This document shows, piece by piece, positions 1-11,930 of a stretch of 64,000 nucleotides of DNA. The DNA comes from Octopus bimaculoides (taxonomy: Eukaryota), in NCBI RefSeq assembly GCF_001194135.2, contig NC_069002.1:35222192-35286191 (forward strand), in the 5' to 3' direction. How positions within the stretch are numbered: position 1 is the stretch's first letter; the number at the start of each line of letters is the position of its first letter. The translations under genes and the position numbers were made by a program. The notes beneath the pieces are model-generated. The model was given only the letters and a program-made list of their open reading frames with translations, did not search any database and was not told where the DNA came from.

Positions 1-25
1 TGTTGGGGCAGTTAAGCCATCATTG

Positions 26-26
<1 letters not shown>

Positions 27-70
<44 letters not shown>

Positions 71-184
71 AACCGTGTATGTAAGTGTATATACATCTGT
101 GTGTATAAACGTATTTACGTTTATAGTGTACGCGTGTGTTCGTACCTGTATGTTCCGTGTGAGTAGCAGCATGCCTGTTTTTTT

Positions 185-277
<93 letters not shown>
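27..277. repeat. (TA)n and (TG)n microsatellites
   Basis: Pure TA run at about 27-62 and pure TG run at about 193-277, with TG/TA-rich sequence between. These explain ORFs 3..356 and 12..293. Confidence 0.97.
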
Positions 278-278
<1 letters not shown>

Positions 279-1162
279 TACGAATACATACATACAGATA
301 TATCAGAATATAGAGTGATAATTATAAGTGACGGGGAATTATCGTTTTATGCGTAGTTGAATATTCAGATAACTTAAGACGCATGAACGCTACAGAGCAG
401 CTTTATGATAGAATAACCTAATGAATCGATTGTGGAAAGTAAATGCTTCATAATGAATGTATTATTGTATTTTATAACACCTGCTTGTTTTTTTACTTCT
501 TATTTTCTAATGTGATATACGAGGAATATACCTTTGTGATTTCAATAGCGCAGTAGTAACACACAGTTATAAGACATCAGGTTTTCTTAGAATATTTTCG
601 AAAGTACAGGTGTGATAATGAACGGTAATATATAAGCAGATATCTAAAATGTTTCTTATTACCACGTTAGGAATTCACAATGGACAGGTGAGCGTATCTG
701 TCACTGTATATATGTATGTATGTGTGACTATGCGTATATAAGTATGTTTATGTAAATATGTATATGTGTAGATGTATTTCTTGTGAACATTTTAATCTGC
801 TTCTGTGCGAGTTGTTCTCGCTTTATACATTTATACACCCCCCTTTGTTGCACTCATTTCTTTCGTTTTCTCTTTCTCCTAAACCATCGAAAGGCTAAAG
901 CTGTAAACGGAGCGGGGAGCGGTGTGAGAAGACGCGGAAAAACGTAATTTTATCGCTACGAATACTTCAGTTATCTCTTTTTGAATAAAAATTCTTCAAT
1001 GACGCATACTCCCGTGGTTCTTCTGACACATATTTCACGACATTTATTTGCAATTTCTGTTCTGACGAACTGGCGAATATACGCATAGCTGACAACTGTA
1101 AAACTAAGAAACTTTGAATACGTATTACTTTCTTGTAATACTCTAAATACAAAAACACGCAC

Positions 1163-1163
<1 letters not shown>

Positions 1164-1253
<90 letters not shown>
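1164..1253. repeat. (TA)n microsatellite (representative of dozens of TA/CA/TATG tracts in the window)
   Basis: Uninterrupted TA dinucleotide run. Confidence 0.98.
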
Positions 1254-1254
<1 letters not shown>

Positions 1255-1959
1255 GCATATCTATTAGATAGATAAATTCATGGATGTCTGACCATATATA
1301 AGTCTACCTACATACATAAATAAATACATTCATTCATTCATTGATACATATATATGCACACACATGCATATATTCACGTACTTTTTCTCGGTGAGGGCGA
1401 TATTTTTTCACACCGGTTAAGTTATGTTCGCCTTTCATTTGTGGTTCTTTTATATTCTTATGAATAACGGTTAAACCGTACCCAAGATCATGGCAATACT
1501 TCTCGGAGAAATCAATGCACAAGAAAATACAGACAACATACAGATAGAGAATATTTAATTATAAATGCCATTTCATGCTTCATATGTAACATGATTTATC
1601 ACCACTCAATAAGAGTGAAAAGGCGGAGTAGATCTGCAACCGGAAGGAGGAAAGAAAGAGGCGAATAAATGATAAAACAATCCAGTTACTGACAGGAAAT
1701 AAACCTCAATCTGAATCAGAAGAGATAATCGTATTGAGATGTTTCTTTCCAACTTTAAATCTTTAACAAGAATTTAGACGTCCCTTACCTTCCATGAGAA
1801 TAAACCTACAGAGTGTTCGATAATGCAGTAATCGCAACGAATCAGACAGGCACAACTATGCTATACGATCCCTTCGTTCTATACACAATACTGGATCGAC
1901 AGTATCTCATAGTGGCTTGAAATATGCGTGCTTTATGTGCATACATATATATGTGTACT

Positions 1960-2027
<68 letters not shown>

Positions 2028-2286
2028 TACATATACATATATGTATGCATGTATTTACATATAAATGTAAGTATACATATATATGCATGCATATAAAACA
2101 CATACACACATACGCATATATATATATATATATATATATACATACATATATGTGTGTGCGTGTGTGCGTGCGTGTGCGTATTTACATATGTGTACACACA
2201 TACATGTGTGCGTGTGCGTGTGTGTGTGTGTATTTGCATGCATACATACAGGCATACATACAGATAGTAATATTCTTTTATCCATA

Positions 2287-2470
2287 GGCAGCGAGCTGGC
2301 AGAATCGTTAACACACCGGGCGAAGTACTTAGCGGTATTTCGTCTGCCTCTTCGTTCTGAGTTCAATTTCCGCCGCGGTCGATTTTGCTTTTCATACTTT
2401 CAGCGTCAATTAAATAAGTACCAGTTACGCACTGAGGTCGATTAGCCCCATATGGGCAATAAAGAAATAA
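2287..2470 (+). mobile_element. tRNA-derived SINE, type A (GGCAGCGAGCTGGCAGAATCGTT head)
   Basis: A-box-like head, B-box-like CTGAGTTCAATTTCC, and central GTCGA...TTTCAT...AAATAAGTACCAGTT block. More than 10 diverged copies occur in this window. Confidence 0.9.
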
Positions 2471-2694
2471 AAATTATTTGTACTTGTTTCAGTCATTTGA
2501 CAACGGCCATGCTGGAGCACCGCTTTTAGTCGACCAAATCGATCCCAGCACTTATTGTTTGTAAGTCTAGTGCTTATTGTATCAACCTCTTTTGCCTAAC
2601 CGCTGGCTTACAGGGACGTAAACACACCAATGTCGCTTCTAAAGCGATGGTGGTGTGACAAAAACAGACACAGAAATACATACACACTTGACCG

Positions 2695-2879
2695 CAGACT
2701 GAACACCATTCAATATTTTTTGTCCGTGTGTTTCTCCTTGTCTCCGTATTCTTTCTGTTGAAGAGCGTAGACCGAAACGTTAAAGACTTTCCGTATTCCC
2801 GAGCGTCATACTAATACATCCTTTTGTTGTTTACACCACCTGTCCTCGTCTGTTATTCTTTTTTTTTTCGTACATTCTC

Positions 2880-2880
<1 letters not shown>
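2695..2880 (+). mobile_element. Penelope-like terminal (pLTR-type) fragment nested in the type B SINE
   Basis: Not part of the other type B copies. It contains a hammerhead-core arrangement (see next feature). The assignment to Penelope is inference from that motif. Confidence 0.5.
2750..2786 (+). ncRNA. Degenerate minimal type-I hammerhead ribozyme motif
   Basis: TCTTT (stem I) - CTGTTGA (CUGANGA with A6>U) - A - GAGC GTAG ACC (damaged stem II) - GAAA - CGT T - AAAGA (stem I'). Stem I has 5 Watson-Crick pairs. Confidence 0.55.
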
Positions 2881-2932
<52 letters not shown>

Positions 2933-4469
2933 CACGACAGCTTCTTTCAGTTTCCGTCTACTTAGTCCACTCACTAAGCTTTGGTCGGCCCGAGGATGCA
3001 GAAGAAGACATTTGTCCAAGGGGTCATACAGTGGGATTGAACCCCGAACTATGTAGTTGGAAAGCAAGCGTGTTACCACACAGCCACTCCTATATATGGA
3101 ATATAATTTTAGCTAAAATTTCTGTAACCCTTTACTATAAATTGTTGTACTAATAAGAAAAGTGTGCTTAATTAGGTCAACATCACATGCACACACATAA
3201 AAGCATAAATGTGTGTGCATATATATATTTATTGGAGATGGAAAATGGAATATGGAATACACTGAAAATGTTATTGCTCACAACGATCGTTTGGACTTAT
3301 CTTGCGTAAATCTATAAGTAACTCTTAAATATCTAACTAAATAGCAACCTAGCGTTTGAAGTCCACGATGATAATATTCCCACCAGTCTTCCATAGTTGT
3401 TCATATAAAATTGAAAGCTTTTACATGCTATTCTTTCCAAAACAAAAGCAAACTCGGTTGAACTTTAATACTATAACTAATTTTGAGTGAATTACACTAT
3501 TTCATAATCCATAAGTAAATAATTAAAATACTACATGCGTATTAATTATTCGTTAGCCTTACATGCTTTAACGTTAAACTTATACCAGTAATCTAATAGA
3601 TAATACTGAAATAACCTTATAATTAGGAACTAATAAAAGAATACCTGTAATTAACAATTGTTATAAAAACTTTGTTCCAATTAAAGCTAAATATATAACT
3701 GTTTAAAAGATTAAATAAAATATAAAGTATTACCACTTACATGTTCTCTGGACAAACGAGGTTCAGTCAACTACGTTCTCAAAGCCTGTCCTCACTATTG
3801 ATGACGTAGTGCGTATTCAACTACGTTTTCAATTGTCTTTAACACTTTTGGCGACGTAGTAAGCAATGACAGTGACTTGTAAACAGTCCAGACGTTTACA
3901 AATGTTCACTAAGTTGAAAGCTAGATATTACACCATCTTTATTTCAAATTTCCAGTCTCACACCTAAACAGCAATTAAACGTTTGAACTAATTTACCATA
4001 TCTTTATCCTTGTTTTACTAAATGTCTTAACAGTTTAATTTATTCTTTCCCCAAATCTATAAGCATCTTTTATAATAGTGCTATGCCTGATACTATTGCC
4101 TGGAAAATCACCATAACCTATAAAAGAAGTAATTCTACTAACTGAACCATAGCATTCTAGCTACCTGGAAACCAAACTCTTCTGTTTTATTATAGGTGCT
4201 TCATTATTATATCTCATTATTATATGATACATAAATATATATATATATATATATGATATGCATATATACGATATGTAATAATACATATATACTACATGTG
4301 TGTATATATGTATATATATAATATGCACTATGTGAGTGTGTGTGTGTATGTGTATATATATATATATATNNNNNNNNNNNNNNNNNNNNNNNNNNNNNNN
4401 NNNNNNNNNNNNNNNNNNNNNNNNNNNNNNNNNNNNNNNNNNNNNNNNNNNNNNNNNNNNNNNNNNNNN

Positions 4470-4511
<42 letters not shown>

Positions 4512-4929
4512 TATGGGAATGTGCTCATAAATTTCTTTATGATTGCGTAACTTTTTTTCTTTTTGGAAATCAGTCTCTTTCTACTGAAATTATAAAAATT
4601 GCTTCAGTTGATAGATTAGCAGGTCGTTCTTGCCTTTAGATCTGGGAATTGAAACAATTTTGATTTTATTTATTTGAGAAAGCTTTCGGCCGTATACTAA
4701 TGTAGAAAGTTAGGTAGGCAGACTGATAAACAGGCAGATAGAAGGAAAAAGGTAGGTAGATAGATAGATACATAGCTATATTGATAGATAGAGTGAGAGA
4801 GAGACAGAGAGATGGATATATAGATAGATATATAGGTAGGTAGGTAGGTAGGTAGGTAGGTAGGTAGGTAGAGAAGTAGATAGAGATAAATAAATAGATA
4901 GAGAGCGAGAGAAAGACAGAGATAGATAA

Positions 4930-4962
<33 letters not shown>

Positions 4963-5267
4963 CTCGTATGCAAACATGTGAACTTACTATCAATCAGTCT
5001 TGTGTTTTACATTTATGTATTAATAGAATCATTTCCCTCAAAACTCAATATCGTTTGCAATGACATTTACTGTCAAGAAACAGCACTGACGTGCGATCTA
5101 CATTCCTACGTATGCACAAACACAGACAAACATTATGTGCAAGTCGTCTGTATACGTGTGCTTGTATGTATACACGTATGTCTATATATATATACATCTA
5201 TGCACGCACACACATACGTGCATCTACACAGAGGAGCATATACACAGGTGAGATCAACGCTTGCAGT

Positions 5268-5405
5268 AGAAATGTAAATTCGTTTATTACATGACTTTTC
5301 TGTGGGTATAATGTACCCATTCATAATAGCATATTTATATGTAATTATGTATGTATGTATGTATGTATATACATTTATATATAATGTATTTATATACACA
5401 TAAAG

Positions 5406-5464
<59 letters not shown>

Positions 5465-5551
5465 TATATAGACATGAATATGCATTTATTTATATATATA
5501 TACGTATATATGCCCGCGGAGAAATCATGTAATAAGCGAATTTAAATTTCT
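5268..5551. mobile_element. MITE-like element: 43-bp imperfect inverted repeats enclosing a TA-rich microsatellite
   Basis: 5268-5310 matches the reverse complement of 5509-5551 at 36/43 positions. Confidence 0.7.
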
Positions 5552-6292
5552 TCTATAAGAATTTCTCCTATGTTTTTACCTATACTTACAGAGTTACCTA
5601 ATTTACGTAATCACGCACTGAAGCAACTGTATATAGAGAGGCAGTAATCGTCAGAATATTATTTTGTATTGATTTGTTTCTCATTTAGAAGAAATATACT
5701 GAACAATATTTGTGTTAGCAACGATTTTTTTGATTTTTGTTAAACTGACTTTTTGTTTTTTGAATTTTTGTCTATATTTAAAGGATGTGCGATAACATAT
5801 TGGCAAATGTTTTTATACTTTCACAAAAGTTCAATAACTATTTAGACAGAAAAGAGAATTGAAGGAGAGTTTTTGAAGACGTCATGCTCTGATATATTTA
5901 TGCACATCGTAAATAATGTTTCCTAGGTTCTCGGGGCGTTTCGTGTCTTCCAATCAAAAAATCCCTCATCTAGCAATCTTGTGAATGTTGAACAACCCCC
6001 TGCTCGATTCCAATTAGCAGTGCACAATGTGACATTACCTATTCGCGAGTTTACACCAACTATTTCATGCCCACCAACTTTGGGCAACATCAGCTGCTTC
6101 TATGCCCAATATTAAAATCAACGGCATACTTCCTCCATCGATCGGTTTAACACCACATGTTGGTCCGGGTTTGACTTTGCGGTGATCACGTATTCAAAAA
6201 ATAGAAGTAAGGTTGTAAACTGGGGCCTGTATGGCCCTTGGGGTGGGTTGGAGGTCCATATAAGATTGTGTTATTAAATATCATCTGTAATA

Positions 6293-6500
6293 TGGCGTCA
6301 GCTGAGAGAATCTTTCGCACGCCAAGCGAGAGGCTAAGCAGTATGTTGCCCGTCTTTATTTTCTGAGTTCAAATTCCATCGAAGTCAACTACGCATTTTA
6401 TACTCTCGGATCGATGACAAAAGTACCAGTTGAGCACTGGGGTCGATGTGATCTATATCCCAAACTTTCTGGTCTTGTGCCAAAATGTAAAACTAATATT
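6293..6500 (+). mobile_element. SINE type A
   Basis: TTCTGAGTTCAAATTCC B-box-like motif, AAGTACCAGTTGAGCACTGGGGTCGATGT block, and CTTGTGCCAAAAT tail. Confidence 0.85.
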
Positions 6501-7444
6501 TGTGATAAATTGCTTAATACTTTACAATACACAAAATATTTTAACACTATTTTTATACTTTTCTAATAACATTTTAGTATAAAAATCTAACAAGACTGTT
6601 AGACATGGAATAATTATGGGGATCCAATTGAATAAAATTATAAATGGAATAGAAATACTGCGGTATTGAAATACACATTTCCTCTCCTCCATGTATTTAC
6701 GGAGAGTTTAAACAACCAGAGTCATGGATGCTGCCTACAAAAAGTCACCGAAGTTTCATTGTCAAAAATTATAACAACATTAACTATAAGAAAATAACTA
6801 GGAAATTTATAAATATCACGAGTTTTATATTGATGGTTTATTTCTAAAATGTATACTATTTCGGAATAGATGATGTATGAAACTACTAGAAGTAGAAAAC
6901 AGTATTCAATGATTCATGACCGACAGATTTACATTAAATAATGCCCTGAAAATCAGCCCAAGTGGTGTCTCAAGAAATGGGATGCCACAATTCCGTTTCA
7001 CTATATAAGCCTGTCGTCTTTATAAACTGTTAAACACGCTAATGTTTTAGGGTCATTTAATATACGTTAAATTCCATCGGTATATGTTATGACAAATTTA
7101 ATCATCAAGACTAGATTGAGCAATTGCGCATAACTGAGATAATGTATAGCTGTTTATATCCATCACAATGTATTGTTAATTTACTGTATTACAACCGGAA
7201 AGATGAAAGGGAGACACGTTTTCTTTACTTTTTCTTTTACTCAGGACATAAGATATAACTAATTGCCTTGAAGTAATTTTTTTCTCTCGTCCTATTCATA
7301 CTATCAATTTTCCGTTCTTATCGCAGTATTAGTGTAATGTATTTCTAGCTGTGCGGTAGATTTCTTGAAGACCGGGAAAATTACAGCGTAACAATTAGAG
7401 CTGTTGATATCAATTCTAATATTAACCAATTTATTACAGATAAA

Positions 7445-7665
7445 TATTGGTTCCAAATTGTGGCACATTGCCGGCAGTTTTGGAGAAGGGCGTGAGTCGA
7501 CTACAACCACCCCAGCGCACGACTGGTACTTATTTTATCGACAGCAAAATGATGAAAAGAAATGTTGACCCGGGTGCAATTTGAACTCAGAACGTAATGA
7601 CGGACAAAAAATGCCGCTAAGCATTTCGTCCGGCGGTCTAGCGATTCTGCCCGCTCGCCGCCTTA
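7445..7665 (-). mobile_element. SINE type A
   Basis: Reverse complement of the full head, body and tail (AATTTGAACTCAGAACG; CTGGTACTTATTTTATCGAC). Confidence 0.88.
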
Positions 7666-7680
7666 ATATCAGTACTGAAA

Positions 7681-7895
7681 ATGGTTTCAAATTTTAGCAT
7701 AAGGTCGGCAATTTCTCGGAAGGAGTAAAATCGATTACATCGATCCCAGTGATCGACTGGTTCTTAGTTTATCAATTCAGAAAAAATTTAAAAGCAAACT
7801 CAATCTCCGTGGAATTTGAACTCAGAACGTAAAGACGGACAACTATCACCAATCGTTTCGCCCGACGTGCTAACGATTCTGCCAGCAAACAGCCA
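7681..7895 (-). mobile_element. SINE type A (second, tandem copy)
   Basis: GGAATTTGAACTCAGAACG and GCTAACGATTCTGCCAGC. Directly adjacent to the previous copy. Confidence 0.88.
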
Positions 7896-8239
7896 TGGTA
7901 TCTGTACTGATTTTAACTTACTATTCATAGACGAATAATCAGTGAAAGTGCGTAACCAATTCATAGAGCATCAGTGAAAAATTTCCCCCAGGCTCTATCT
8001 ACAACAGTAGCATCAACTAGAAAGTAACTCAAGTATTAATTCTCAAATCGTTTAGAATTAATCAATTATATATGTTTTCAAAAGGTTCGAGAAATCCGTT
8101 TATATACATTCTTTTCTTTTTTTATATTCTCGGTATACTTTTTTTTACTTCCGAATAAGGGATGCATTAACATGGATGGCTGAATTTGAGACGTTAGCTT
8201 CTCTGCGCCGTAGTGTTTACTAATACTTCCTAGATTTAA

Positions 8240-8430
8240 GACAGCGAGATGGCAGAATCATTAGCACACCGGGTAAGATGCTTAGCGGCATTTTGTTCCT
8301 CGTCACGTTCTGAGTTCAAATTCCGGCGACTTTGATAAAAAGAGTTCCAGTTGAAAACTGGCGTCGTTGTAAACAACTTACACCCTTCCCCTAAATTGCT
8401 GGCCCTGTGCCAAATTTTGAAACCTATATT
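8240..8430 (+). mobile_element. SINE type A (central deletion)
   Basis: GGCAGAATCATTAGCACACCGG head, CGTTCTGAGTTCAAATTCC, and GGCCCTGTGCCAAATTTTGAAACC tail. Confidence 0.85.
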
Positions 8431-8457
8431 TCCTTAATTTTCATGATGTAAAATGTA

Positions 8458-8640
8458 TTAGGTCATCCCATAAATAACGCGTTTTTTTATACTTTTTTTT
8501 ATTTTTGAAAATTAAGGTAAACAAAGTTCTTTATTTTTAACCTAAACTATACTCTCCTTCATTTTCTACAATGCTCTTCCGGGTATCTGACAGTCCCGCA
8601 AGGCCCCTCTTCCAAAATTCACTTTTCCGGGTAAATTATT
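8458..8640 (-). mobile_element. mariner-type element, 3' end with TIR
   Basis: TA followed by TTAGGTCATCCCATAAATAACGCGTTT TIR. The minus strand reads FTRKSEFWKRGLAGLSDTRKSIVENEGEY, like a mariner transposase C-terminus. Confidence 0.75.
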
Positions 8641-9186
8641 TCCCTAAGACAGTAAAGATGTTGATGATACTCAGCTTGGTACAATTCATGTTCCTTCGCT
8701 TTCTTATGCACGTGCCCTGGCGCTACACACTCGAATTGATTTTATATCAAAGCCCAGAATCATTTCTAAAGGACTAAAGTAAAAAATTCGTTTCGATGTA
8801 TTGCACATATGTACATTTAACGGTTGCGTACCAGTATGTGCGTGTGCGTCCTTTTGTGTATATTTGTGCATGTGTTTGAACGAAGAATCTTTTACCCAGG
8901 CCACGTATCAGAGAAGAAAGCTAAATTTCCTTACATAAAGACAACGGCAGCTCAAAGGACACGTCACCGAAAACACAAGTAAATATAAATTGATACAAGT
9001 AATGTAGTTACATATGCTATATAGTAAGTTGTAAAACTTCCATCAACTGAAATGTCGAAGCAGTTAATATACAAATTTCTGTTTAGTAGTTGCTAAAGCC
9101 TAAAGACAGCTAACAAGAGAGGTAAATCTAATAACATCAGTTAATCAAAACTTTTGATAACATCCACAATGCAGATTGTAGCTTAC

Positions 9187-9270
9187 CTTATGTTCACCAC
9201 AGAGGGGATGCTTAATAAAACCGAAACAGCCTAATTTTTTGTTTCTTTCACAAGTCGTTTCTACATTCCA
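9187..9270 (-). CDS. Candidate 84-nt internal exon (WNVETTCERNKKLGCFGFIKHPLCGEHK), product unknown
   Basis: Bounded by tgtgcag| and AAG|gtaagc, open in phase 0-0. The polypyrimidine tract is weak and I recognise no homology. Confidence 0.2.
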
Positions 9271-9274
9271 CTGC

Positions 9275-9320
<46 letters not shown>

Positions 9321-10044
9321 ATTATTAATGTTATGAGCACATTGCAATTATCTCCCTTGTTGCTTTAGAAATTTAAAGAGTCTTTGAGCAAGTGTTTGTC
9401 ACTAGTAGCTTAAACTTAGTTGATCAAACTTTTTCAATCACTATATTTACATATGTGAGACACTAACGTGTGTACATTTCGTATGCAGAACGCTTCCCTG
9501 AGGCAATTCTCCCTCAGCTATATTCTTCGCAATTTATACCTCAAGGCACCTTTTTTTTTTGTTTTTTGTTTCTGATTTTTCTATCAGCCTGTCAATGGAA
9601 ATAACACATCACTAAACAACTAATGCATATCACAACCTTTACATCAGATTCCTTGTTTATATGACCAATGATGTTTGGAAAACATATTCCTGTCTGAAAA
9701 GAGACTTTTGTCAAGCCGTCTACAGATCTCTGCCATCTCAAAAAAGAAAAAAAAAATCAATTAACTTCCATCTCTATAGCAAACGAAATTTGATCTGAAA
9801 GTTATTTCTTTTTCCATTACACAGGAAAGAAAAAAAAACTAATATATTTTTAAAACTCATAAGAATACAAATTCTGAAATTATGCAATGGAAAGCGCAAA
9901 CATATATACATAAACCGAAAGACTTACATGCGCGCAACCGTATACAAACACAGGTTGTTATATAAACAGAACTGACAACTACATATATTGATGAGTCTAT
10001 GGAAGGAGTTCAAACATGGTAAATCGAGTTGTTAGTAATCACAG

Positions 10045-10437
10045 CTAAATCACATTCAAATCATTCATTTGTCGTAAAACTCTATTCCACCAGTCCTTAC
10101 AACTCTCCCTATTAATAAGAAGGTACAAGTTTCGCAAAGTACAAGTTTTCAGGGTCGATCCTACTGCATAGCTTCTAGTATCACGATTTTCAAAGCATAC
10201 TTTGAACCATATGCTGTCAGTGAAAGAAAACACGTAGAAGGAAATTATGGAGTAGACAGAAGAAGGATTTCGCCGGTGCTTGAATGATACATCCTGGTAA
10301 CACAGTGTGTTACTCTGATTCTGTCTCAAAAATGCATTAAGAGTTCGCATGTCTGAGGAAGGAACTGCAAGATACACGTCAATAAACGTAGCAGGTAATT
10401 TAGTTGAATAAGCACGGGAATTCGTATCGTCAAAAGA
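10045..10437 (-). CDS. Candidate coding exon, 130 codons plus stop, product unknown
   Basis: Strong acceptor ttttcttttctatatctcag| is in frame with the longest non-repetitive, non-TE ORF in the window (SFDDTNSRAY...KDWWNRVLRQMNDLNVI*). I recognise no family. Confidence 0.35.
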   Translation of the reverse strand, partial: SFDDTNSRAYSTKLPATFIDVYLAVPSSDMRTLNAFLRQNQSNTLCYQDVSFKHRRNPSSVYSIISFYVFSFTDSIWFKVCFENRDTRSYAVGSTLKTCTLRNLYLLINRESCKDWWNRVLRQMNDLNVI

Positions 10438-10906
10438 CTGAGATATAGAAAAAGAAAATGTGCACATGCACACACCCAACCGCATTTATGCAGATGTACA
10501 CACAAAATACATACATGCATGTGTATACACACGCATACATGCATGTGTACATACACACACATACATGCATGTGTACAAACATGCATTTGTACACACGCAC
10601 ACACACACACACATATATACTCACACACATTATTAATAATGAAAAGGGAGATTTTTCACATCCATAATTGGATTCAGTTATTTACATTTTTCGGGACCTA
10701 CACGCGTTTCAACTGCAGCCATTGCACACTGTCTGCTATGCAGCCTGCTATCATGGCCGGTGCAGTTCCATCAGGACCGTTGTAGTTACCCGGCATCTGA
10801 AACCGACCCCAGAGGAAACGCAGTTACTACCAAGATAATATATACCCTCAAACTCATTATACATACATGTATGTATGTATGTATACACAGGGTCACACAC
10901 ACACAT

Positions 10907-10946
<40 letters not shown>

Positions 10947-11754
10947 ATATTTGCATATATATATTTAATACTTTTGTGGAGGGTTAAAAGCAGAGAGACC
11001 CATAAACAATATCCTGGGAATATTGACTTAAACAACAATGAGATAGAAAAGTCGAAGGCTATACGTGGTCTATCTATCTATCTATACGGAGAGAGGCTCG
11101 GAGTGAGAGGTCGGTAGCTAATTATTTATTCATTCGTTCTTCAGAGCATGTCTCTTGCAACAGGAATGATCTCTCAGAGACTTCTCTGTAGGTTGGCCTT
11201 TGTTTCTGCGATTCACCTTAGTCGTCACGACCCGCCCACAGGTCGGTGAGTGTGTTAGTTAAAAACCTAAGCAAAATATGTCTCAGAAGGCGGAAACCGA
11301 ACACAAGAACACCCCGTCGTATTCTTTCTGACAATCTGCCTGTAATCAGTCATAAGTATTAATTCAAATTCACCCGTAGGTCAGCAGAAAGTTACGTTTG
11401 TTTAACCATCATATATAGTTGTGTAGAATAATTACAGGATGGAAAGATCTGAAATTTTAATTATTATAAACTAATTAAAATGTGAATGCTGACAATTCGT
11501 TGGGGAGCAAATATGATCTTTGCAATACAACTAATACCTCATTGCTAGGTAACCATGCGGAGCATGTACTTGAGCTTTTCACCTCGGTTGGAAAAAACTT
11601 TTTTTTTGTTTTCGAGCCTGAAGCAATTTCAAGATAAGTTAACAACGACAGCAACAACAACTACACTAGCAACGGTAAATGTCAGATATCCAATAAAAAG
11701 AAAGACGTCGTTATTTCTTATTTCTGAATGCACAGGGGACAAACAAGAACAGAA

Positions 11755-11930
11755 AAAGGGATTAAGTCGATTACATCGACCCCAGAGCGTAACTAGTACT
11801 TAATTTATCGACCCCGAAAAAGTGAAAGGCAAAGTCGACCTCGACGGAATTTGAACTCAGAGCGGAGCGCCAGACGAAATACTGCTAAGCATTTGGCCCG
11901 GCGGGGTAACGTTTCTGCCAGCTCGCCGGC
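11755..11930 (-). mobile_element. SINE type A
   Basis: Well-preserved TTATCGACCCCGAAAAAGTGAAAGGCAAAGTCGACCTCGACGGAATTTGAACTCAG. Confidence 0.92.

Larger units (their letters stand above)
2475..3092 (-). mobile_element. tRNA/CORE-like SINE, type B, with an insertion in its microsatellite mid-section
   Basis: Minus-strand head GGAGTGGCTGTGTGGTAAC...GGGGTTCAATCCC, CORE-like CCCTTGGACAAATGTC, a TA/CA spacer, and tail ...GGTGCTCCAGCATGGCCGTTGTCAAATGACTGAAAC. Same layout as the copies at 12295 and 13235. Confidence 0.85.

Noticed and set aside
8571-8790. Coding exon (ORF 8571..8777 and a strong minus-strand acceptor)
   Set aside because: It overlaps a mariner 3' end, and all minus frames from the acceptor hit stops.
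10690-10790. Wnt-like WNC motif or extra exon on the minus strand
   Set aside because: A stop codon immediately precedes WNC, and all frames from the tttcag acceptor terminate before a good donor.
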